Source: Eledone cirrhosa
Taxonomy: Eukaryota
DNA length: 64,000 nucleotides
Assembly: GCA_964016885.1 (NCBI GenBank)
Contig: OZ024741.1
Span: 336,660,001-336,724,000 of the forward strand
Reading direction: 5' to 3'
The notes under the pieces were generated by a model. The model was given only the letters and a program-made list of their open reading frames with translations, was not told the DNA's origin and made no database searches. How positions within the stretch are numbered: the first letter of the stretch is position 1; each line of letters begins with the position of its first letter. Of this stretch, positions 13,391-27,537 are shown piece by piece. The position numbers and the translations under genes are program-made.

Positions 13391-13974
13391 GCAGCCTCAT
13401 AATGTCCACAACCAGTAATTGGAGTAGATTGGTTGTTGTTTGACTGGGAGGGTTATGATATGGTATTGAAAGATGAGTTACAATTTAATTTATTACTATT
13501 GGGGTATGATTTTGTGGGTAGGACTGATTGTAGGATTGAAGTTTGTGTTTGCTTTAGTATATGGATGGAATGTGTTTGGTCTAGATTTATTTATGTTCTA
13601 GTTGAGGCATAAACAATCTTAGTTATATACATATATATTATATTATCTATATACTACTAAAATTCTGCAATTGCTTGCTTGCTTGCTATGTAATACAGCC
13701 AAAAGGGCGCATAATGGGAAAATACTTTGAAAAGATGTTGACCTTGAAATGCGAATACAAATGGAATAAAATTAGTTTCATGTAAATTGGAGAACGGATT
13801 CCTGGGATATGGGGTTTTTCCAGGTACCTTCATAAACAGAGAGAGGGGGAGGATAGAGAGATAGAGATAGTAGTTGTAAGAGAGTAGATTGAAAGGGGGA
13901 GATGAGACAGAGAAGGACAATGGAAGAGAGAGAGAGAGAGCTGTTGGTGTTGTTATATATATATATATATATAC

Positions 13975-14180
13975 GTTATTCCGGGTTGAATCGGAGGTAA
14001 CCACAGTAAGTAAGGTACTCAATACATAGCAGAGTATAACAGTTTTAATATAGATGAGATTCTACAGGACTAGAACTGTTTCATTCATTAGAAATCATCA
14101 GGAATCGCTGATGGGATTCCTGATGATTTCTAATGAATGAAACAGTTCTAGTCCTGTAGAATCTCATCTATATTAAAACT
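13975..14180. mobile_element. PLE-end family element with a perfect 66-bp-arm palindrome (14041-14180)
   Basis: Arms 14041-14106 and 14115-14180 are exact reverse complements and contain CTGATGA...GAAAC. Other copies at 5560, 23383-23480 and 42712-42854. Confidence 0.75.
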
Positions 14181-14737
14181 ATATATATATATATATATAT
14201 ATTTATTACACATACATATATATATATATATATGTATGTGTATATGTGTGTGTGTGTCTATGATCAGTGTATATAGATCACAGACACCCACATATATATA
14301 CACACACACACACATATATATATATGTATACATGCACACACATTTATATATATACATACACGCATGCCAGTTTCATTTCACATTATATACATGTCTGAGT
14401 ATATTTTAATTATTTAAAAATTATTTATAACTGAACATGATTTAAAAAAAATATTTTGAAGTGAACGTGACCTAACGGGTCAGGGGTGATCTAGTATAAA
14501 ACACATTGCAAATTGACATATCTTTCCTAGATACTCTGAATTTCCCAAAGCAAGCTAATGTTATTGATGCTTTGTTCATCAGCCACTGGAAAGTGTATCA
14601 CCAGGAGTTATAATTCAGTGAGGTCCCTCGGGTATATGCCAGTTTACCATGTGTTTTATATAAAATATAGTATATTTACCTCTATGATTACATATTGAGG
14701 GTTCTTTCTTTAGTGATTATAACTGCATTTTCAGACA

Positions 14738-14818
<81 letters not shown>

Positions 14819-15084
14819 GTGAAAGCAGCGATTCTTTGCTTAAACTTTAATCTGTTATTTTAATAAATATATATATATATATATATATATACCAAACAAA
14901 GGCTTGGGAGGACCCTTCAGTATTGGTTTGATCTATGTAAAACCTTCCAACCCTTACCAGTTAGAAAAGTGGATATTAAAATGGCGATGATATATTCACA
15001 CACACACACACACACATAACGCTTATGAAGTCCTCTCTGGATTTTGCTCTTTGTATTTATTACAACTACTACTACTACTACTAC

Positions 15085-15115
<31 letters not shown>

Positions 15116-16057
15116 TTGTGTGGGTGTGTGTGCGTGAGTGTATGTATGCATGCATGTGTTGTATTGTATTTAGTTAGAGTGTGTCATTAATGGAAGTGGG
15201 ATCACTATTCTATAACTAATGGAACAAGGATGACATCTCTTTTAATGTAATAGACAACATAATTTCCAATGAGAAAATTACTTTGGTTACTTAATTCTTT
15301 TTTTTTTCTGCAAATATTTTGCCAAATGCTGTAATGATGAATATTTTCAATATGCTGGATGATGTTATATCACAACTAAATTGCTTATTTTTTAATATTT
15401 TTTACTTTCTTTTTCAATTCTTTTTCTCGTTTATGTTTTGTTTTGTTCATATTTTGTGTTTGTTTTACTGTTGCCTGCCATTCCAATTATTTCAAGTGAA
15501 ACACAAATTAGATATTTGTAAGGTAATGTAGCAGAAAATGCAGCAGAAATGTTAATTGTGACAAATGTATTTCTTATGCATGTTGGTAGTAAATTAGAGT
15601 TTTTTCAGTGCTCACAATCTCACATAGGCCTTCCATGAAATACTATGTTGTTCACACACACACATCCGCACATATACATACATATATATATATATATATA
15701 CACACGCACACACACATATATATGCATATATATATATATATTTATATATATATATATGTTTGTGTGTGTGTATATATATATGAATAAATATATATATATA
15801 TACATAAATATTTACCTGTAAAAAATCATTTGCATTGTTCAATAGTTTTATTTTAAGATCATACAAAAATATATTGCACATATTGGTGTAGTCAAGGTTG
15901 CATAATTAAGGTTTTTGCAACCACATGGGCTTAGGGTCTGCCCCATTGTGTGGAATTTGGGAAAGTGTCTTCTTCTATAGCTTCAAGCTGAATACTGTTG
16001 TGTGAGTGAATTTAGTAGATGGAATCTATATTAAGCCAATTGTATATATATATATAG

Positions 16058-16405
16058 GGTAAAGGGTAAAGACCCTCTTTGGTCATGAATGACCATGGGA
16101 TTTTCACCTAGAAAGTTCCCCCTCTAAGGCACAAGTCTGAGCATGGTTGTTTGTAGAAGACCAGTAGTCACCCATACATACTAGTGTCCTCTCTCCATGT
16201 CACCGATGTTGTCCCAGGGAGAGGCAAATGCCAATACAGCTTGGCACCAGTGACATCACAACTCTTTTCTACAGCTGAGTGAGCTGGAGCAATGTGAAAT
16301 ACAGTGTCTTGCTCAAGAACACAATGCAAAGCCCGGTCGAAGAATTGAACTCACAACCTCACGATTGTAAGCCTGACGCTGTAACCACTAAGCCATGTGC
16401 CTTCA
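16058..16405 (-). mobile_element. tRNA-derived CORE-like SINE family 2
   Basis: Reverse complement: ggcacatggcttagtggtta...gagttcaattc...ttcttgagcaagacact...cacattgctccag. Same family as 16850-17180, 39500-39800 and 59900-60040. Confidence 0.85.
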
Positions 16406-16849
16406 CACACACACACACATATATGTGTGTGTGTGTGTGTGTATTCTTCTTGCTTCTTGCTGAGACTGTTGCTGTCTCAGATTGTTGTCATTTGCTTGAT
16501 CAATTATCAGTTTCCATAGCCCACCTTTGTATCATAAAACTATGGATGGTTTCATGCAGTTTGGTATCAAAAGGGTTATATTTCTCAATGTAAATGTGGT
16601 TGGCATTAAGAAGGGCATCCAGTTGTAGAAACGAAGTCAGAAACAGTTCTGTATGAACAAGACACTACCATCTGATCTGGCTTGTGTCACAATGGGACAC
16701 CTCATCTAGCCCATGCTAGCATGGGAAAATGGCTGTTAAACGGTGATGATGATGATGATTAGTTATTCTAATAATATAATATATCAATAGAAGAACCAGA
16801 TGCCATGCTTCAGATAAAATCTAGCATTACACAGATAATATGCAATGTA

Positions 16850-17180
16850 AAAGGTAAAGACCCCTTTTGGTGATGAATGACCATGAGATTTGCACCTCGA
16901 AAGTTCTCCTCCGAGACACAAGTCTGGACAAGGTTATTTGTAGAAGACCAGCACTCACCCATGCATTCCACACACCACCAATATTGTCCCAGTGAAAGGC
17001 AAAGACTAATTCAGTTTGGCACCAGTGATGTTGCAACTCATTTCTACAGCTGAATGAACTGGAGCAACATGAAATAAAGTATCTTGCTCAAAAACACAAT
17101 ATACAGCCTGGTCCAGGGCTCAAACTCACAACCTCACAATTGTAAGCTTGCCACTAACCTCTAAGCCATGTGCTTTCAAA
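16850..17180 (-). mobile_element. SINE family 2
   Basis: Colinear with 16058-16405. Confidence 0.85.
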
Positions 17181-17579
17181 ATATGCAATATTGGCATGAA
17201 CTAATTTAAATGAATATTGGATTTAGGTTTGATTAATGTGTCTTTTAACGAGCTGATAAAACAAAATACTAAATATATTAATTGTAATGATAAACAAAAA
17301 GTAGAAATTTCATAATAAAGATATAAGTTAATTATCAATAATAAACTAAAAATTATTTCAAATAACCAATATAATACACAACATTTTAATTTCACACATA
17401 AAAGCTGTGACTACCATTACTCTAACTTATATCAAACATACAAGCATCAAATTAATCCACTGACCAATCAGGCATGCATTTAAAATCAGATGACATTGCA
17501 GTACATTATGGAAGATGATAGAAAATTGTTTGTAGATAACAGAATAGAAATATGACTCAAATTCCTACAAAAATTGATA

Positions 17580-18335
17580 AATGTTTCTACTTTTGGCACA
17601 AGACCAGCAATTACCCAGTGCATTACTGGTACTTTATTTTATCGACCCCGTAAGGATGAAAGGCAAAGTTAATCTCGGCGGGATTTGAACTCAGAATGGC
17701 AAGGGCCGTAACTCTATGCGCTAAAGCATGGCGTCTGACTCTCTACCGATACTGCCAATCCACCATTGGTAAATTAATTGATAAATTAATAATTGTTTCT
17801 ACTTTAGGCACAAGGCCAGCAATTACCCAGTGCATTACTGGTACTTTATTTTATCGACCCCGTAAGGATGAAAGGCAAAGTCAACCTTGGCGGGATTTGA
17901 ACTCAGATCGTAAAGGGACATAACTATGCTGGAAAGCATGGCGTCCGATCCTCTACCGATACTGCCAAATTAATAATGGTTTCTAATTCAGTCACAAAGC
18001 TAACAGTTACGTAGGGAAGGGGAAGTCTATTAAATCGATCTCCAATACATTACTGGTACATTATTTTATCAACCCCATGAGGATGAAAGGCAAAGCTAAA
18101 TAATAATAATAATGATGGTTTCTGATTTAGGCACAAGGCCAACAATTTTGAGGTAGGGGGAAGTCAATCAAATTGATCACTGTAGATTACTGATACTTTA
18201 TTTTATCGACTCTGTAAAGATGAAAGGCAAAGTTTAGCTCGGCAGGATTTATAATCAGAATGTAAAAGGACATAACTATATGCTGCAAAGTATGTTGTCC
18301 AATGCTCTACTGATACTGCTAATTCACCATGCCCT
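17580..18335 (-). mobile_element. Tandem array of ~4 SINE family 1 copies
   Basis: Repeated gtttcta...ggcacaaggccagcaatt...gatgaaaggcaaag units. Confidence 0.85.
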
Positions 18336-18436
18336 TAAATAAACTAATAATGGGATCAGTTTTAGTGTAAAGATGTAAATCAGTAATTATTGATAGTCAT
18401 AATCAATAATTGATAATCATCTATATATATATATAT

Positions 18437-21400
18437 ATCAAAATGAAAATCCGAAGGCAAGGTAAAATTCCAATCATTTAATCACGACACATGTTTCAAT
18501 AAGAGATAGATCGATTGTGAAGCCATGATCGATTATCACTGATCTCATCAGGTGAAAATGAATTGTCTTCAAATTCTTGATACGAGGGAGAAAAATAACG
18601 ATGTTCCCTCACAGAATTCATTCCCTCATGTTGAAGACTCACCAGTCATAGACACGGCGACTGCTATTAACTTCAGTTGAGGTCATAAAAGTTTTCAGAT
18701 TTATATCGCTGCAAAAGACGCTGGACATCAATCAAATCTGTAGGGATACAGTCAGTCACAGTTAATGTGAGTGGGTACACACACATTCCACACTCACATA
18801 CACTGGCTCGAGGTCAAAGAAAAATATATACATATATATACACACATCAACACAGTATTAAACCTGTAGAGTTAGTGTGGGTGGGTACATACACACTCTC
18901 ACACACACCAAAGCAATGTCCGAGAAAAGACAAATATAAGAAAACAAATATAAGAATGTACCAACACAGCACTCACCGAAAGTTAGTTCACAAAACAACA
19001 GAAGCTATACTGGTCAAATCTCAATTTGACGATGAAAATTGGAAATATTGGGTTAACCAACGCTCCCCCCCCCCCCCCACACACACACACAAACACACAC
19101 ACACAAGCAAGTAAGTTCAGTTCAGTTCAGTGTTCTGCTATACGTGTATAGATTGAATTGTAACATCCATATCTTCAAGTGTATGTTATGGTATATACAC
19201 ATCAGAATCGTACAAAAAAGGGTATGTCCTGGTATATACACATCCATGTGAAGAGCAAGCAATCAGCTCATATCGAACTCAGTATGTACCGCTGTCCCAT
19301 TGAGAATCCGAGTCACCAAATCCGTGCGTGCAAGCAACCGCAATGTAGTCCAGCAAAGGGCTCCGTGTAGGGTATTGGATAAATGCGTCCGTAAGTGCAA
19401 TTTCCAGTCATATCGGCCAATGAGCTTTTAAGATAGTTGTTTGAGTGGTGGAGGTGTGTTATCCAACACAGAAGGTGAAGTAAAAAAGAAAAAAACCACA
19501 GGATAGTAAAATCCAAAGGATGCGTGTAGGCCCATTAATGGTGTGTCAGTATTATTGTTCAATCCGTAACAGTGAGTCCTCCCTGATTAGATGATCAGGG
19601 ATCAAAACCTAGTGTAGTGTTCAGTCGGTAGGAACGTGACAGTCGTAATTGTGGGAGCTCAATGTCTAAAGGGAACGGGTACTGTGTGTAGAGTTATGTA
19701 TAGAGAGCGTAATCGGTCCTAACTAAGTGTGTAATACGACTAGCTATATCCCAACTGAGAGAACTCAATGGTTAGGGTATATTAAAGTAAAGGTAGGTGC
19801 GTGTAATCGGTCATGTCTGAGTGTGCAATCAATTACTAACTAGGTATACTAAGTGTGTAATCAATCTAACTATTTACTATCTAGGTATTCTAAAAAGGTG
19901 CACTCAGCTGTGAGAACTCCGTGGAAACAGGCCGAGTATCGTTTGTAAGTGCGCAAACAATCTTAGCTGTCTAACTACCTGAGTGGATGACTGTCTGTTT
20001 ATTGAGAGAACTCTATGGCTAAAGTAGAGAGGGAGGAGTTAGTGGAAGGTTACATTCCAAAAATCCTGCGGAAGGTTTTCGAGGTTCTATGTTGGCAATT
20101 GCTGAAAAAAACTGCTCTCCTTTAAATTAATAGGGGGCCACCTCTAATAATATTAAAAATTTCAGCTATACATAAATTGCAGACGCCAGTGCTGCCGTTA
20201 TAAGGTTGGGCTGAGCAAACTATGGACCAGGATGATGAGTGCTCTATATTCTGATGTTTAAGCTTCCAGACTAATTCAGAAAGTGCCGTGCTATTTTTTT
20301 TATCTAATCTATTAAAGGTATGGCGGTGATTATACAATCTATCCTTAAATTCCGTGGCAGTTGCCCCAACATACCTAAAGGTTCTATCAGGAGTGGAGAC
20401 CTTACAGTCGTAGACTATGTTTTTGGTAAGTCATTTCCCAGCCATGGGGCAGGGGTGGCGGTGCTTTTGCAGTTACATTTTTTGCTATCGACCTGGGTAG
20501 TTCCACATGGACCACGGTACCTTTGGGGTCGGGTCTCAGTTTCTGTCTGCTCTATGGGGTTGGGGAGGACCGACTCGCCTCACGTGTATGAGTCAGTTCC
20601 TCAATAGAGCTGCCATTGTTCCTGCCATGCCTAATTCCCTCTTGGGCTGTCCTAATAATTCATCCTAGCTATATTCTGAGCTATGTTACTAGTTGTGGAG
20701 TAGGACAGCTTGATGGTATTTCTATTGAATATTTTATAATATCTGTGCGATCTAGGGAAGCATTTGTCTAAGGCCCTAAAGAAAAGCTTAGTTATACTAG
20801 TGGTCAGGCCAGTGGAGTAAGGGGGATTATACCACAGGACTTTTCTAGTCCGATGCCTCTTGTTCTTACTAACTATATTAGAATTACCTGTCTCCCTAGT
20901 AGTTACTGGTCTATTGCAACTGGAAATTGCCTGTGGGTCGATGGTGTCCTGGGGTGTCACGATTGTGTTCGGAATCGTCCCAAGTCTCCAGGGCGGTGTA
21001 CCCCCCCCCCGTGCGGCCATTGGGATTACCCTCGATAGCCGGGGTTGTATCCACTATGCATCTGCTACACCTGTCCCTATTCCCCTTACTCGACCCTCTT
21101 TCCATACTGCGTTCAACGGTAGTATTATCGGTTCCACAACTAAGGTTACCATTAGAGTTTCCGCTGGCGTTACGTTGCTCAGACCACGTGTTAGTACCTG
21201 GGTGGTTGTTTCTATTGGTACCAACAGCATTGGGACTAGGCGGCAATACAACATGAAGTCTATATAAATCCTTCCTCGTGTCACGCCTGCTGTTAACTAG
21301 AGTGTCACTATTTAGGCCTAAGCTATCGCAGGCAATGTTGCTTCTACTATTTAATGGACGTTTGAATGAGATTGCCCCGCGCGTTCCAGGGCGGTATTAT

Positions 21401-21803
21401 AGTAATTCGAGATCTTATTAAAGGTATCTTCACCTTCTATGTTGGATAACACACCTCCACCACTCAAACAACTATTTTAAAAGCTCATTGGTCCATATGA
21501 CTGGAAATCGCACTTACGGACGCATTTACCCAAAACCCAACCCTACACGGAGCCCTTTGCTGGCCTACATTGCGGTTGCTTGCACGCACGGATTTGGTGA
21601 CTCGGATTCTCAATGGGACAGCGGTACATACTGAGTTCGATATAAGCTGATTGCTTGCTCTTCACATGGATGTGTATATACCAGGACATACCCTTTTTTT
21701 GTACGATTCTGATGTGTATATACCATAACATACACTTGAAGATATGGATGTTACAATTCAATCTATACACGTATAGCAGAACACTGAACTGAACTTACTT
21801 GCT

Positions 21804-21858
<55 letters not shown>

Positions 21859-22622
21859 AACGTTGGTTAACCCAATATTTCCAATTTACATCGTCAAATT
21901 GAGATTTGACCAATATAGCTTCTGTTGTTTTGTGAACTAACTTTCGGTGAGTGCTGTGTTGGTACATTCTTATATTTGTTTTCTTATATTTGTTTTTTCT
22001 TGGACATTGCTCTGGTGCGTGTGAGAGTGTGTATGTACCCACCCACACTAACTCTACAGGTTTAATACTGTGTTGATGTGTGTATATATATGTATATATT
22101 TTTCTTTGACCCCGAGCCGGTGTATGTGGGTGTGGAATGTGTGTGTACCCACTCACATTAACTGTGACTGACTGTATCCCTACAGATTTGATTGATGTCC
22201 AGCGTCTTTTGCAGCGATATAAATCTGAAAACTTTTATGACCTCAACTGAAGTTAATAGCAGTCGCCGTGTCTATGACTGGTGTGTCTCCATATGAGGGA
22301 ATGAATTCTGTGAGGGAACATCGTTATTTTTCTCCCCCATATCAAGAATTTGAAGACAATTCATTTTCACATGATGAGATCAGTGATAATCGATCATGGC
22401 TTCACAATCGATCTATCTCTTATTGAAACATGTGTCGTCATTAAATGATTTGAATTTTACCTTGCCTTCGGATTTTCATTTTGATACTTATACTCCGTTT
22501 TACATCATCTAGCTGTTCCCTTGAATGGAATTGGAGATATACAAAAGCGTGGAGATCTTAATATTGCTAACATGAAGTTATTGGACCATTTTACCCAACA
22601 ATGATGCACCTTACTATATAAC

Positions 22623-22625
<3 letters not shown>
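18437..22625 (-). mobile_element. Penelope-like element (Neptune-type), 5'-truncated, with ~1.05-kb inverted 3' regions
   Basis: Minus strand: RT-thumb end EDTFNKISNYYNTALERAG (21431-21375); RKVLWYNPPYS...FPRSHRYYKIFNRNTIKLSYS; CNC..CP zinc motif; NIVY...RYVGATATEFKDRLYNHRHTF (GIY-YIG); CNLCIAE. Arms 18437-19480 and 21428-22485. (TA)n on both sides. Confidence 0.9.
18482..18555 (-). ncRNA. Minimal type-I hammerhead ribozyme motif in the PLE arm
   Basis: Minus strand tcac-CTGATGA-[long imperfect helix II]-GAAAC-atgt-GTC-gtga: intact core, GUC triplet, 4-bp helix I, 2-bp helix III. The mirror copy at 22367-22440 has ATGATGA. Confidence 0.7.
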
Positions 22626-22696
<71 letters not shown>

Positions 22697-23757
22697 TTAT
22701 ACATATATAAATATATTTATATTTATATACATATAAATGCAAGTTTTTTTAAATTCTGCCTAAGACTCAGAAACTAGCATATATATACATATAATATTCA
22801 CTAGAACCTTGGACAGGATATGGTAACAACATTTTTACTTTGCAAAGCAATGAATTTATTTAAATTCAATTTTTCTTATTTTCTCATGAATATCGAAAGA
22901 AGTCATCCATTTTGTTTGTAGTTCCATTCTGTATAGAAAGAGAGAGAAAGAAGAGATATGACGAGAGTGAGGGGATTTGGGAGAGAAAAAGAAAGAAAAG
23001 AAAATGGGATTGAACTGTGTTCGATAAATTGGGGATGGGAAGGTAAAGGAACTAAGATATCATTTTTATTTATTTATTCTTTTCTTACATTTTAACTAAC
23101 TCCTTTCTTCTTTGATACTTCTCTCTCTCTCTCCCTCTCTCTCTATCTCTGCTCTTTCACAAAAGAGGTAATGGAACAGTATATGTGTGTGTGTGTGTTG
23201 GCGTTCTTAAATTAGATACATATCATCATCATCATTTTATGTCCGCTTTTCCCTGCTTGCAAGGGTTGGACGGGTCCTATCCATCACAGCATCTCTCCAC
23301 TTGTTACGGATCTTCGTCATCTCCTCGGTGAGTTTCAGTGATCTGAGGTCTGCTTTCACCACCTCCGCCCATGTTTTTCGAAAGGTACTCAATATATAGT
23401 AGAGTATATACAATATTTAATATAGAAATGGCTTCTACAAGACTAGAACAGTTTAATTCGAAGGAAGTCATCAGGAAAGCCATATATATATATATATATC
23501 TGTGTTTGTGTGTGTTTGCATATATGTGTGTGTATCGACGTTCTTAAGATAGTGACACATGTATGTGTGTGTATGTCTATGTCTGTGTTGGCATTCTTCA
23601 AACCCTGGGACAATCAAGATTATATATAGATATTGTTGGATAAAAGTGAACGTTATTTTTTTCTAATGTTACTTGAATTAACACACAAACATTTTTTTTA
23701 TTGTAGTGTTTTATATTTTTTTGGGGAAAAAAAATGAATGAATTTATCTGACAATTT

Positions 23758-23920
23758 CAGATACATTCTGAAATCCCACCATGTTGTACATATGTCTAAA
23801 ACTGACAACCCAATGCATTCTGAAATCCCACCATGTTATACATGTCTAAAACTGACACCCAATACATTCTGATATTCCAACATTTTCTACATATGTCTAA
23901 AATTAACTACACCTAATACA
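23758..23920. repeat. ~52-bp tandem minisatellite (about 3 copies) upstream of the Helitron ORF
   Basis: Unit atacattctgaaatcccaccatgttgtacatatgtctaaaactgacacc. Confidence 0.8.
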
Positions 23921-24026
23921 CGTTCATATCAAGAGATGATTTCAAACAATATTACTGAGTAAATGTCCAATACATTCTAGAGTTGTTTCTATTTCGGAAG
24001 TTGTGTGGTGTATAATATCACTTCAA

Positions 24027-26190
24027 ATGCCTCAGAAACGTTTCAAATCATTATATGGAAGGTCATCTTCAGAAGCCAAGAGAAAGCAAGCACAGCAATC
24101 TGAAGAAAGTGAAGAAGCTCAACAAGCCTGTCTAGCTGCTAACAGAACCCAAACAGCTTTAGCATGAGCACAGGAATTAGTAGTGGACAGGCAGTACTGT
24201 TTGGATGGAAAGGGACAAAGGACTGCTCCTATATGAGAACAACAAATTGAGTAACAGTAGCAAATTAGATGAAATGCTGATGAAGCACATCGTTTTACTG
24301 CTCAAACAGGAGAACAAACCACATATAAAATGAACTGGCTAATGGGTGCTTTTTCTTATAACCCTCAAAAGGACAACAGCAACAATCCACACATGAACAT
24401 TGGAAAAATGAACAAATGTTGCCAGCATTATGGTGCCAAGAAGTGGGCAGCAGAAATACCAAGTCTATGCTGCTCGAAAGGCAAAGTCAACCGTAAAACA
24501 ATACAAGAGCCTCTTGAATTTCTAAAGAATCTGCTTCTCCAGCATATACTTCAATAAATACATCCAAAAATACAATTCTGTCTTTCAAATGACATCTTTT
24601 AGAGCTGAGAGAAGTGTGACTGACTTTAGATTCTGCACAACTTAAAAAATTCAGAGACAGTGCTACCACATAATGGGAGCCTCACAAATTTGTGCAGGTT
24701 TACTTCATGGGTGGAAATAAAACAGAGGCACAACAAAAATGTACCATTGTCCATGGTGGATTGCAGTTCTACATAGTAATGAAGTTATAAGAAATGCTTC
24801 ACCAACATCACATGTATATCAGTATGTTTAGATATGCAGTGGAGCACATGAACAGCACCAGAGATCATAAAATAATTATTAGGGCAGACAAACGCCCAGC
24901 TTCAGAACATGAACGTGAGTTCAATGCATCTGTCACTGATGAAGCGGCAATCATAATCGTTGATGAAGAGTACAAACGATGTAATATTGTTTTGCAAAAA
25001 TGAAGTGGACATTTGGAGTGAATATGAGAAACTCATAGGGCCTATAACTCACTCCAGTATCTGCTGGAATGATCAATATGGATATCATTTTCAGCTATGG
25101 CAACTCAACTCAGGAACAGGACAAGAAACTGGCTGATAAATCAGTTGCAAAGCATTCTATGTTTATCATTTCATGGTACGAGATCACTTCAACCAAGTTA
25201 TACGATTCAAAGAAGTAATCAGTCAGTTCATGGCGGACATATATGCCAATTGAAACAGAAAGATTGGGTTTCCTGCAAAGGAATCAAAATAAGTTGAGGG
25301 CTGAGAACTGCATCCACCTTAGAGATATCATCAATTCTGATGGTGACCCAAGAAATATTGGCCAGCCAGTCATACTGCCATCAAGCTTCACAGCAGGACC
25401 ACATTACATGCATGAATGTTTGCAAGATGCAATGGCCAATGTCAGAAAATTTGGTTGGCTGGATCTCTTCATTACATTTACATGCAATTCAAACTGGACA
25501 GAAATATCAAATGAATTATTTCAAAATCAAAAGCTGAAGGATCAACATGACCTCATAGCTTGGGTCTTGCAGGAAAAGCAAAAAAATACCTCTCTGGCTC
25601 TGAAAAGAAGGAAGAATCTTCAGGGAGTTTAGTGCCTAGATGACCACTATTGAGTGACAGAAGAGAGGTCTTCCTCACTCTCATACTAATCTGGTGCATT
25701 GAAAAGATAAGACCAGATGATGTTGATATGATCATTTCAGCAAAGTTGCCTGATATAGATGGTAATTCAGAGTTCTTTGAAACTATCAGGACCAAACTCA
25801 TTCATGATCCATGATGAGTCATCAATCCAGCCTTTCCCTACATGAAAGATAAAAAATGCAGCAAACATTATCCTAGAGCTTTTATTCAAGAAACTCAGAC
25901 TTACAATGATGGATAACCCCTTTATCGTAGGTATAGACCAGAACATGGAGGCAATACTGCAAGCCTAACAGTTTAAGGAGAGGAGCTGTCCATAGACAAT
26001 CGATGGGTAGTTCCACACAATAAATTGTTGTGTAAACTGCTAAAAGCTCATATCAATGTTGAGTATTCCAGCTTTGTCAAAGCAATACTATATGCCACAA
26101 AGTATATTAATAAGGGCAGCGACATGGCTACCTTTGTTACTGACAAAGAACTCAATGATGGTGAGCTGGATCAGGTCAAACAGTATTCAC
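24027..26190 (+). mobile_element. Helitron RepHel pseudogene (N-terminus + Rep/HUH domain, helicase missing)
   Basis: IGKMNKCCQHYGAKKW...LCCSKGKV; GQPVILPSSFTAGPHYM...LFITFTCNSNW; IE*QKRGLPHSH (HUH); IDNRWVVPHN; AHINVEY...YATKYINKGSD. Many stops and frameshifts. Confidence 0.92.
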
Positions 26191-26199
26191 GATAGTATT

Positions 26200-27088
26200 C
26201 TTTCGACTATCACTCAAGATTCATGACCATAGGTAAGGGTTGGCGCGAATACTGAATTGAAGATAGCAAGTTTGGCTTTTATGCCTACCTTCTTTTCTTT
26301 TCCTCTTTGTCTTCTTCTCCCTGTTTCATCCTATCACTTCCTTCCACCCCCTATTTTCTTCCACGTCTGCTTTTCCTCTTCGCCTAGCCCGATGCAGCCC
26401 ATTGGGCCTCTGTAGCATCAGTTCCCCCACCCCTGTAATTTTAAGATAGAATTGACCGAATACGTTTTACTAACTACTTATAGCAGATGTGTTAAACCCC
26501 TTTAAATCTGTATCAGTTCTGGTACTACTCAATTTCTACAAGTTTATTCTATTCTCAACTTATTAACCTGTAACTGTAAGATAGCATTGTGATTTTTTTT
26601 ATTCATTTCTCACTATCTAATTTTATATATTTTTTTATTTATTTCTATTATCTTTTATTGTCTCCTACTCTCATTCGATTTACCTATTCTATAACCTCCC
26701 TCCTCCACTTTACACTATCCTTAGAATCTTCTGTATACATATCACTTTCAACGCTTGACCGCTCCACTCACTCCCCTATTGTTCTGCAGGCAAGTTCAGC
26801 CACCCCTACCTCCCACCAAATGCCATGATAGACTTATTTGTGTTTACAACAAATTTTAACCAATCCTCTTGTCAACTACAATCTTCTCATATAAGGAAGT
26901 ACCCCCTTGAAAAGGTTGGCTATTTATTCACCAGGCTAAAAATTCTAATTTAGTCCAGAAATAGCCGTCGAAACGCCTTGAGCTCTGCCGTCGGGGTAAT
27001 ACTTTTTCCTATTTCCCACTCTACTACTCTAAGTATTGATTACTCTGGTGCATTACGGTCCATCTGGTTCCTTACCACAATTCCTTTG

Positions 27089-27090
<2 letters not shown>
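26200..27090 (+). mobile_element. Probable PLE 3'UTR ending in the recurrent 'gagctctgccgtcgggg' terminal family
   Basis: 26950-27090 matches 47745-47870, 50230-50370, 53655-53790, 59690-59812 and 63695-63835. Degenerate HHR-like layout at 26905-26982. Ends in (TA)n. Confidence 0.55.
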
Positions 27091-27126
<36 letters not shown>

Positions 27127-27537
27127 GATAGAGAGAGTGGGGTACAAAAGTATGCAGACATCCGTGCATGTGTCTGTGTAAATAGCATAGAGTATATTGC
27201 TTGCTAAAGTTATGGAAAATCAGGTTAATGGCTCTAGTGACAGCTTTCCTTTCTGATCCAAGCTTTTGGATATTATTTATTTCTGCTGTAATAACTATGC
27301 ACCATAGTTAATAACACTAGCATTAAATTCTGATCAGTATTGCATATTGATCAAGTCTATTGCAATATTATCTATAATATATTGCTATTTTGATAGCTTC
27401 TTTGATTGATCAGATATTTTAATAAAGTATCATTCTCTCAATTACGAGATTATTACTAATTATTGCTTCAAACCAAACGCTTTTCTGTTGGAGATAATTT
27501 TCAGGAATCAATAAAATAGATTAGTTTACAACTTTGC

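Noticed and set aside
15497-15522. Micro-exon ending aag|gtaatg
   Set aside because: Would break the frame between exons C and D, and the acceptor is weak.
18767-22156. Duplicated ORFs 18767-19114/21758-22156 and 19179-19370/21543-21770 as genes
   Set aside because: Antisense readings of the PLE 3'UTR arms.
18437-22485. Large-TIR DNA transposon (Polinton or foldback) or LTR element
   Set aside because: The core encodes a PLE thumb and GIY-YIG, the arms are 3'UTR copies of unequal extent, and there is no transposase or integrase.
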